Source: Eisenibacter elegans DSM 3317
GTDB lineage: Bacteria; Bacteroidota; Bacteroidia; Cytophagales; Microscillaceae
NCBI RefSeq assembly: GCF_000430505.1
Contig: NZ_AUMD01000021.1
Location: 192,001 to 244,561, forward strand
Length of the DNA: 52,561 nt
Direction of reading: 5' to 3'
The translations under genes were made by a program, and so were the position numbers. Below are positions 26,948-34,605 of the stretch, one piece after another (position 1 is the first letter of the stretch; every line of letters starts with the position of its first letter). The notes under the pieces were generated by a model, which saw only the letters and a program-made list of their open reading frames with translations, did not search any database and had not been told where the DNA came from.

Positions 26948-27859
26948 ATGAAAATAGCCGTACTTTCGCGTAACCCCGAACTTTACTCTACCCGAAGGCT
27001 GCTAGAGGCTGCCCAACAACGCGGGCACGACGCGCTCATCATCAACCACGCCAACTGCTATGTGGTGATGGAAAAAGGGCTGACTAGTGTACACTCTACC
27101 CTACAAGACGTGGGTCAGGTCGATGCCATCATCCCGCGCATCGGTGCGTCGGTTACTTTTTATGGCAGCGCCATCATCCGGCAGTTTGAGATGCAGAAGG
27201 TCTTCACTACCCTTGGTTCGTTGGCCTTGGTTCGTGCCCGCGACAAGCTGCGCTGCCTACAAATTTTGGCTAAGGCCGACGTAGACATCCCCCGGACGGC
27301 CTTTGCCAAGCATCCCCGCGACATCCAGTCTATCATCGACCAAGTTGGGGGTACGCCTCTTGTCATCAAACTGCTCGAAGGCACACAGGGCTTGGGGGTA
27401 GTTTTGGCCGAAACCAAAACCGCTGCCCGCTCCGTAATGGAGGCTTTTTATGGGCTCGATGCCAATATCTTAGTACAAGAGTTTATCAAAGAAGCCAAAG
27501 GAGCCGACATACGCGCCTTTGTGGTCAATGGCAAGGTCGTAGGCGCTATGCGTCGCCAAGGGCAGGAGGGCGAGTTCCGCTCCAACCTCCACAGGGGGGG
27601 CTCGGGCGAACTCATCAAGCTTACCCGCGCCGAAAAGGCCATGGCTGTCAAAGCCTGTGATGCCCTCGGCCTCAAGGTAGCTGGTGTAGATATGCTCCCC
27701 TCTGCGCGTGGCCCCTTGGTGATAGAGGTCAACCCCTCACCCGGACTAGAGGGCATCGAAACCGTAACGGGCATCGACATCGCCGGCAAAATCATCCAGT
27801 ATGTCGAAGAAAATATCGGCAATACAGAAGGCCGCAAAAAGGATAAAATTGGGGTTTAG
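26948..27859 (+). CDS. rimK: ribosomal protein S6--L-glutamate ligase / alpha-L-glutamate ligase (ATP-grasp)
   Basis: The N-terminus MKIAVLSRNPELYSTRRLLEAAQQRGH and the ATP-grasp motifs (PLVIKLLEGTQGLGVVL, GADIRAFVV) fit RimK. Confidence 0.9.
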   Translation: MKIAVLSRNPELYSTRRLLEAAQQRGHDALIINHANCYVVMEKGLTSVHSTLQDVGQVDAIIPRIGASVTFYGSAIIRQFEMQKVFTTLGSLALVRARDKLRCLQILAKADVDIPRTAFAKHPRDIQSIIDQVGGTPLVIKLLEGTQGLGVVLAETKTAARSVMEAFYGLDANILVQEFIKEAKGADIRAFVVNGKVVGAMRRQGQEGEFRSNLHRGGSGELIKLTRAEKAMAVKACDALGLKVAGVDMLPSARGPLVIEVNPSPGLEGIETVTGIDIAGKIIQYVEENIGNTEGRKKDKIGV

Positions 27860-28106
27860 CCCCACCCTGTACACGCATATTTCCACAATCCCTGCGTTAT
27901 TTGTCTTTTCTTGTAGCTTCCCCGCGCCGCACGTTGAGGGCTGTGTTCCACATACCCAAGGGCACGCGGGGGGAGCTGTCGCCGAAAGCGCTAAGTTGCT
28001 TACGCCTGCGTAGTTTTGCTCGTAGCAGTACCCGCGCCCAAAATACCCACCAAAGCAACACAACAACACCCAAACCACAGTCTGTGTTGCACTGATAACA
28101 TACCAT

Positions 28107-28742
28107 ATGATAAAAAACATTATTTTTGACCTCGGCGGGGTCATCATCGATGTCGTTTTCGAACGCAGCACTGCCGCCTTTGAAGCCCTCAACCCCGCCC
28201 TGAAAGACATCATTTGGCGCGATACTTTCCAGTCCGACTTATTTTGGGACTACGAAAAGGGCTTTATCAGCGATGCCGAATTTCGGGCGCGTGTCATCAA
28301 GACTTTCCAGCTTCCCCTGCTCAGCGACCACGATTTTGACACTGCTTGGAACGCCCTACTAGGAGATATTCCGCCCGCCCGTATCAAAGTTTTGCAGCAA
28401 TTGGCCACACAATACCGTGTATTCTTGCTGAGCAACACCAACGCCATCCATATCCGTGGGGTAGAGCAAATTCTCCAAGCCCGTACAGGCATTGCCCAAC
28501 TTCCACCCTTGTTTGAACGTTGTTATTATTCTTACGATATGGGCAAACGCAAACCCGACCCGACCATCTACCAACAAGTACTCGAAGAAAATGGCTTAAA
28601 CCCTGCCGAAACCTTGTTTTTGGACGACAACCTCGACAATGTTCACGCCGCTCAAGGTCTTGGTATTGCTACCATACACGTACCGGCCAACACCGACGAG
28701 ATACTGACCTTGCCCCAACGACTGCCACATTTTACTACCTAA
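28107..28742 (+). CDS. HAD-IA family hydrolase
   Basis: Motif I DxG is present (IIFDLGGVIID), followed by a cap domain and motif III/IV (K...LFLDDNLDNV). Confidence 0.8.
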   Translation: MIKNIIFDLGGVIIDVVFERSTAAFEALNPALKDIIWRDTFQSDLFWDYEKGFISDAEFRARVIKTFQLPLLSDHDFDTAWNALLGDIPPARIKVLQQLATQYRVFLLSNTNAIHIRGVEQILQARTGIAQLPPLFERCYYSYDMGKRKPDPTIYQQVLEENGLNPAETLFLDDNLDNVHAAQGLGIATIHVPANTDEILTLPQRLPHFTT

Positions 28743-28760
28743 ACCTTTTCTAATTTAACG

Positions 28761-29897
28761 ATGCTCCGATTATTCCGCCGCTACGGCCTCCATCTGCTGC
28801 TTTTCTGCCTGACAGTACTCACCACCACCCTAGCCGGTGCCGAATGGATTACGGGGCGGCTCTTTTTTGTCAATGAACAGCATCTTGGCTGGAGCGAGTG
28901 GATGACTTGGGCGCACTTCAAAAAGGGTTTGGCCTTCTCCATCCCTTTTCTAACTTTCTTGACCGTACACGAGTTTGGGCATTATTTTACGGCTCGTTGG
29001 CACAAGGTACGCGTAACCCTGCCTTACTACATCCCGTTGTGGTTGGGCATCACGGCCACCATCGGCACGGCAGGCGCATTTATCCGCATCAAAAGCCCGC
29101 TACAGTCACGTACACAGCTTTTTGATATCGGTGTAGCCGGCCCGCTGGCTGGCTTTGTGGTCGCTTTTGGGGTATTGGTATATGGTTTTTGGAGCCTGCC
29201 CGAGCCGGAGTATATCTTTGACATCCATCCGGAGTATGCAGCCTACGGCTTGGACTATGCCCCGCACGTCTACCAAGATGTTGAGGGGCTCAAAGTAGGT
29301 AAGAGCCTTTTGTTTATGGGCTTAGAGTGGCTCTTGGTGCGCGACCCTGCCCGAATGCCCAACGCCTACGAGATTGTGCATTATCCTTGGTTGTTTGCCG
29401 GCTATATCGGCCTGCTTTTTACGGCGCTCAACCTGATGCCCATCGGCCAACTTGATGGGGGGCACATCCTCTATGGGATGTTTGGGCAAGAAGTCCACCA
29501 AAAAGTAGCCCCTGTCTTGTTTACTGTTTTTGTGTTGTATGCGGGCTTGGGCATTATCACGCCCTACGATGACAATGAGAGCCTGCTGACCGCCATCCCG
29601 ATTTATGTGGCTTTTTTATACCTCATTGCGCTGCGGATGTTTGTAGAGCGGCGGAATGTACTACTATGGGCGATGAGTGTGTTTACAGTACAGTTTCTCA
29701 TCAGCTTTGTATCACCCACCACCATCGGCTATGCCGGATGGCTACTGTATGCCTTCCTTCTGGGGCGTGTGTTGGGGATTTATCACCCCCCGGCCATCCA
29801 AGATGCGCCCCTAAGCCCAGCCCGCAAGGCTCTGGGTTGGTTGAGCTTGGTGATTTTTATCCTCTGCTTCAGTCCTAGACCTTTTATGATAGGGTAA
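28761..29897 (+). CDS. site-2 protease family (M50) membrane metalloprotease
   Basis: It is polytopic with an HExxH in a TM helix (HEFGHYF) and a downstream LDGG motif (NLMPIGQLDGGHILY). Confidence 0.75.
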   Translation: MLRLFRRYGLHLLLFCLTVLTTTLAGAEWITGRLFFVNEQHLGWSEWMTWAHFKKGLAFSIPFLTFLTVHEFGHYFTARWHKVRVTLPYYIPLWLGITATIGTAGAFIRIKSPLQSRTQLFDIGVAGPLAGFVVAFGVLVYGFWSLPEPEYIFDIHPEYAAYGLDYAPHVYQDVEGLKVGKSLLFMGLEWLLVRDPARMPNAYEIVHYPWLFAGYIGLLFTALNLMPIGQLDGGHILYGMFGQEVHQKVAPVLFTVFVLYAGLGIITPYDDNESLLTAIPIYVAFLYLIALRMFVERRNVLLWAMSVFTVQFLISFVSPTTIGYAGWLLYAFLLGRVLGIYHPPAIQDAPLSPARKALGWLSLVIFILCFSPRPFMIG

Positions 29898-30012
29898 ATT
29901 CGGCAGACGCTAACACCTAAATACTACGCAGTTGTTGTATGGCAAACCTGAAAGTCGTTATTTTGTAATACTTTTTGGTTTATCATCATCTTCTTAGTGC
30001 TCTTCCGACTTT

Positions 30013-30918
30013 ATGTATACAAAACTACTCCGTTTTCCGATTATTTTTTGTTTCCTAGCACTACTGGCCTCTTGTGGAGCTGCGCATCAAAACGCTGGCC
30101 AAGAGCAGCGCGCTTCGGCCAAGTTTAAGCCACAAACAGTAGCACATCAACAACGCCACTTTCTGGCTTTGGATAGTGTACAAACACTACTGATTGGGGG
30201 GCATTTGGTAGATGTGATACAACCCTCGGGCGAAGTCAAAGGGAATATTATTGTATTGCCGGGCTGGGATTTCTCGCGGAAGGACTGGTGTCAGAAAAGC
30301 AGCCTTTGTACGCAAGCCCTAGCAAGGGGCTACCGTCTGGTATTGCCAGAGATGGCACGTAGTGTGTATTCGGCAGAGTACTATATCGAAACCCGTACTG
30401 ATTGGCTGCGCTACCCCAACAAAGCTTGGTGTACGGACAGTCTAGTGCCGGCGCTCCAACAGCGTTATGGTATCTTGTTGCCCGAGCAGAAGAATTTCAT
30501 CCTGGGGCTTTCGACTGGTGGGCGCGGGGTGGCGCTGTTGTGTTTGGCTTTACCCGAGCTATTTACAGCCGCTGCTGCGCTTTCGGGCGATTTTGACCAA
30601 ACCAAAATGCCCGCCGATAACCTAATGCGTGGGTACTATGGCGAATACAGTAAGTTTCCCGAACGTTGGAAAGGAGCTGATAATCCTGTATATCAGGCTG
30701 ATAAATTCCAAACGCCCATCTATCTTGGACATGGCAAGCGCGACGGCATCGTGCCTTTCCAACAAACAATATTGTTTTATGAAGCGCTGCGCAAGGCCAA
30801 GCCCGAGCTGACTGTCGTGCTCAATACCCCTGAGGAGGCTGGCCATGATTATGATTACTGGGATGCTGAAGTAGTGCCGATGCTCGATTTTTTTGAGTCT
30901 TTCCTTCCCAAACATTAA
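30013..30918 (+). CDS. alpha/beta-hydrolase fold esterase (lipoprotein)
   Basis: It has a lipobox (LALLASCGAA) and a GxSxG nucleophile elbow (GLSTGGRG). The C-terminal His is in GHDYDYW. Confidence 0.7.
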   Translation: MYTKLLRFPIIFCFLALLASCGAAHQNAGQEQRASAKFKPQTVAHQQRHFLALDSVQTLLIGGHLVDVIQPSGEVKGNIIVLPGWDFSRKDWCQKSSLCTQALARGYRLVLPEMARSVYSAEYYIETRTDWLRYPNKAWCTDSLVPALQQRYGILLPEQKNFILGLSTGGRGVALLCLALPELFTAAAALSGDFDQTKMPADNLMRGYYGEYSKFPERWKGADNPVYQADKFQTPIYLGHGKRDGIVPFQQTILFYEALRKAKPELTVVLNTPEEAGHDYDYWDAEVVPMLDFFESFLPKH

Positions 30919-30943
30919 GCTATAAAACTGCATCCATAACGCC

Positions 30944-30971
30944 AAAAAAACCGCCGGAACAATTCCGGCGG
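30944..30971 (-). terminator. rho-independent terminator (minus-strand, S9 peptidase transcript)
   Basis: CCGCCGGAA-CAA-TTCCGGCGG is a 9-bp perfect stem with an A7 run on the plus side, which gives a T7 run on the minus strand. It lies about 240 nt past the peptidase stop. Confidence 0.7.
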
Positions 30972-31061
30972 TACAACTGATTGCCCGAAGTATCGGGAAG
31001 GGATAGAAGAAGGGGCATTCCCAAGCCAATTTGGCTTGGGGAATTATTGGGTAAAAATGCT

Positions 31062-31204
31062 TGAGAATCAAGAAAGTAAAACTCGGTAAATCTTGATGTA
31101 TACCCAATCACAATTGGTTTGGAAAATCTGCACACTGAAAATCCTTGATAATCAAGGAAATCAAATTCTGTAAATCTCCAAATCTTGTGAATCTTGATGT
31201 AAAA
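31062..31204 (+). repeat. family-A interspersed repeat, about 1.5 tandem copies, inside the 3' UTR of the S9 peptidase gene
   Basis: A half copy GTAAAAATGCTTGAGAATCAAG...GTAAATCTTGATGTATACC is followed by a full copy CAATTGGTTTGGAAAATC...GAAAATCCTTGATAATCAAGGAAATCAAATTC...CCAAATCTTGTGAATCTTGATGTAAAA. The full copy contains the perfect palindrome TCCTTGATAATCAAGGA. Confidence 0.8.
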
Positions 31205-31209
31205 CCAGC

Positions 31210-33705
31210 TTAGTTCCCAGTTTTGGGAGCGTTTTTGACATAAGTCTCCAACCACTGATGCATTTCCCACAACATATGCATCAAAGACTCCTTGGCGCGA
31301 TAGCCGTGGCTTTCGTGTGGCAGCATCACGAGGCGTGTAGTAGCTCCCAAACCTTTGAGAGCATTGTAAAGGCGCTCACTCTGAATGGGGAAAGTGCCCG
31401 AATTGTTGTCAGCCTCTCCGTGGATGAGCAAGAGTGGTTCATTGATTTTGTGGGCATTCATAAATGGCGACATTGTATTGTAAACCTCTGGAGCCTCCCA
31501 GTAGGTGCGTTCTTCGGCTTGGAAGCCAAAAGGAGTAAGTGTACGGTTGTAGGCACCACTTCGGGCTATACCGGCGCGTAGTAAATCGCTATGTGCCAGC
31601 AGGTTGGCGGTCATAAACGCCCCATACGAGTGCCCGCCTGCACCCACGCGGTTGGGGTCAACAACTCCTAAGCGCACGCCTTCGTCAATGACGGCCTGCA
31701 CATTGGCTACCAACTGCGCTACGAAGCTGTCATTGGGTTGGGCATTGCCTTCACCCACAATGGGCATCGAGGTATTGTCAAGTACGGCATAGCCTTGGGT
31801 TACGAAAGGAATCGCTCCCCAGATAGATAAGCGCACAAATTGATATGGCGAGCCGTTTACTTGGCCGGCAGCGTTTTTGTCTTTGTACTCTCGTGGGTAA
31901 GCCCAGATAAAGGTTGGTAGCGGACCATCTTCTTTTTTATAGCCAAGGGGCAGATAAAGATCGGCCGTCAACTCTACCCCATCATTGCGTTGGTAACGCA
32001 AGACTTGCTTTTCGAGGTCTTTGTACTCGGGATAAGGATGTGGGAAAAAGGTCGTCTGGGTCAGGTTTCTCTTCTTGAGGTCGCGCACGAAGTAATTGGG
32101 GTTTTCTTTGGGCGACTCTCGGCTGGTAAGTACCAGTTGCTTGTCAAAATCGAGAATAGCCACAGGCTGCTCAAAATAAGGAGCTTCGGAACGCCATAGG
32201 CGTTGTGTTTTGAGGCTATTGAGGTTGAGCAAGTCTACAAAGGGGCGGTCACCTTCGGGCGAAGCACCCTTGCCGGTCATCCATAAGTTACGGTTTTTGT
32301 CGAGCGCCAGTATGCGTCGACCTTGGGCGTTTTTGCGAAGCTCAGGTGTACCGGGGTCGTTGTAAGTATCTTCATATGAGCGGTCAAAGATTACCTTAGC
32401 AGCGGCCTTGCCACTAGGATCTATCAGGCGGACAATCTGCTGACGGTTAGCCCACCAGTTTTCGTAGCATAGGGCAGTTTGGTTATCACCCCAGAGAATG
32501 TCCTGAAAGCGGAGTGTGGTTTGTGCCAGTAGTTGTGGCTGTCCGTCGAAGGGCGCATTGAGGGCAAATACCTTATCACGGATGGATACTTGCTTGCGTG
32601 GGTCGCCTTCGTCTTGGGCTTCTACCCAATAGACAACAGCAGGTGCATCAGCACGCCACCCATGATTGCGAGGCCCTGTTTGGACAGCGTTGAAGCCTGT
32701 GGGGATATTCTCCTGTAGCGGAATTTGTGCTAAGGTCTTGACGGCTTGGTCATCTACAGTACGGATCTCGACCTTCATCGGAAAGCGGTAGTAAGGTACG
32801 AGGTACGAGAAGGGTTGCGTTATCGTCTCCAGCAAAATATAGCGCCCGTCGGGCGAGGGGCTAGCACCCAATACCAGCCCAGCAGCACCGATATTTTTTA
32901 TGTTGCCGTTGGCAATATTGACCAAGGCCGCCTGTGCGGTGGCATAATAAGCAAATAGCGCCTCATCATCAGGGTTTTTGAGCAAATCTTGGTAAGTGCG
33001 TGCAGGGGCTTTTTTGCCGATATTCTCTTGAATTACAGGGCCCTCGGGCACACTTGAGCGTTTGGGTGCTTGGCCACGGCTGGGCAATACCAACTTACAA
33101 ATGAGTTGCTGGTTGTCAGGCATCCACTCAAAGGGCGCTCCCAAAACCGCATTGAGCATCAGATTGCCCACCCGCTGCGCTTGCGCAGAGGCCACATCCA
33201 ATACCCAAAGCTCGATGCCTTGGCTGGTAGTGTTGGCAAATGCTACTTTGCGCTCATCCGGCGACCACTGCACATAGCTAATATTTACGTTGGCCGGTAG
33301 ACCTTTGACGGCGCTGGTTTCGCGCTGGCCTACAGTACCTAGGCTCATTCCGATAAAGCTCGTAGCGCGGCTAGGGCCATTGGTTTGTGGATTGATGCGC
33401 AAGCCTGCCAAACGTAACTCAGGCTGCGAAAGTTCTTCAATCGTGGGTGCTTCGGAGCGCTCCAAAAACACCATTCGAGCGCCCTTACTATCCACACTCA
33501 CCAGCGGGGTGAGGGGGGCGTTGGCCAAGTCTACCATCGCCTGTGGAGGCGTTTGGTAACCGCTTTGCGCCGTTAGCAGGGTATAGCTGCTCAGGCAGAG
33601 TATCCATATCCAACAAAATCGTTGCTTTATCATAAAAAGAGGGTAAGTTAGTGGTGAATTATTCAGCATTGTTGCACAAGTTAGGAAAAACCCTTGTTTG
33701 GCCAC
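31210..33705 (-). CDS. S9 family peptidase (prolyl oligopeptidase/dipeptidyl aminopeptidase type)
   Basis: 831 aa with a signal peptide, an N-terminal beta-propeller-like region and a C-terminal alpha/beta hydrolase with GGHSYGAF (GxSxG). Asp and His fall in the last 120 aa. Confidence 0.85.
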   Translation of the reverse strand: MAKQGFFLTCATMLNNSPLTYPLFMIKQRFCWIWILCLSSYTLLTAQSGYQTPPQAMVDLANAPLTPLVSVDSKGARMVFLERSEAPTIEELSQPELRLAGLRINPQTNGPSRATSFIGMSLGTVGQRETSAVKGLPANVNISYVQWSPDERKVAFANTTSQGIELWVLDVASAQAQRVGNLMLNAVLGAPFEWMPDNQQLICKLVLPSRGQAPKRSSVPEGPVIQENIGKKAPARTYQDLLKNPDDEALFAYYATAQAALVNIANGNIKNIGAAGLVLGASPSPDGRYILLETITQPFSYLVPYYRFPMKVEIRTVDDQAVKTLAQIPLQENIPTGFNAVQTGPRNHGWRADAPAVVYWVEAQDEGDPRKQVSIRDKVFALNAPFDGQPQLLAQTTLRFQDILWGDNQTALCYENWWANRQQIVRLIDPSGKAAAKVIFDRSYEDTYNDPGTPELRKNAQGRRILALDKNRNLWMTGKGASPEGDRPFVDLLNLNSLKTQRLWRSEAPYFEQPVAILDFDKQLVLTSRESPKENPNYFVRDLKKRNLTQTTFFPHPYPEYKDLEKQVLRYQRNDGVELTADLYLPLGYKKEDGPLPTFIWAYPREYKDKNAAGQVNGSPYQFVRLSIWGAIPFVTQGYAVLDNTSMPIVGEGNAQPNDSFVAQLVANVQAVIDEGVRLGVVDPNRVGAGGHSYGAFMTANLLAHSDLLRAGIARSGAYNRTLTPFGFQAEERTYWEAPEVYNTMSPFMNAHKINEPLLLIHGEADNNSGTFPIQSERLYNALKGLGATTRLVMLPHESHGYRAKESLMHMLWEMHQWLETYVKNAPKTGN

Positions 33706-33835
33706 AACTTTTTCGCCGTTTGACAGGTCTATCTAGCTCAATACCCTTTTTGGCAGCTCAGAAAGCTTTTTACTCTTTCGGAGAAAAAACGACGCAAAAA
33801 AATGTATCTTCAGCTCAGAATCTGACTATCAACAA

Positions 33836-34381
33836 ATGCATTTCAATCTACAACCCATACTTCGCAACGAGCGTGTAACCCTGATGCCTCTCCAAGCCCA
33901 AGACTTTGAAGAGGTGTATAGCATCGCCTCAGATGCGCTTATTTGGGAGCAACATCCCAACAAAAATCGTTGGCAAAGGCCTGTGTTCGAGACCTTTTTT
34001 GAGGGCGCGATGCAGAGTGGCGGCGCATTCAAAATCGTAGACACACAGCTCAATGCCTCCATAGGCAGCACCCGTATTTATGATTACAACCCTGCCGAAA
34101 AGAGTATCCTGATTGGTTATACCTTTTTTCACCGGATGTACTGGGGCAAAGGGTTCAACCACGCCGTCAAAACCCTGATGCTCGACTATCTATTCCAGTA
34201 TGTCGAAAAAGTGGGATTTCATATCGGCGCTGCTAACATCCGCTCTCAAAAATCTATCGAACGCTTGGGGGCTGTCAAGATGGGTGAGCAAGAGGTGGCT
34301 TATTTTGGCGAAGCACCCAAACTCAATTTTATTTATCATATCCAAAAAACAGATTGGCTGGTGAGGAGTGTGAAATTGTAG
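33836..34381 (+). CDS. GNAT family N-acetyltransferase
   Basis: 181 aa with a RimJ/RimL-like layout and an acetyl-CoA binding region (YWGKGFNHAVKTLMLDYLF). Confidence 0.8.
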   Translation: MHFNLQPILRNERVTLMPLQAQDFEEVYSIASDALIWEQHPNKNRWQRPVFETFFEGAMQSGGAFKIVDTQLNASIGSTRIYDYNPAEKSILIGYTFFHRMYWGKGFNHAVKTLMLDYLFQYVEKVGFHIGAANIRSQKSIERLGAVKMGEQEVAYFGEAPKLNFIYHIQKTDWLVRSVKL

Positions 34382-34605
34382 GAATAAGCTAGGATTTTCT
34401 ATCCAAACCTGTCGAATGTCATTTTTTGCTTGGGAAGGATGTACTAATTATGTACTTCCGTTATGTGATGCCCCAACCCATTACAAACCGCGCCTCCGAC
34501 ACGGGAGATGCCTCTAACAAAAAATCATTAAAGCTTGGGGGGCAAGGGACTTCGCTGACTTGTATTGTACCAATCCTGACTTTGTCTTTAACAATTTTGA
34601 GCCTT

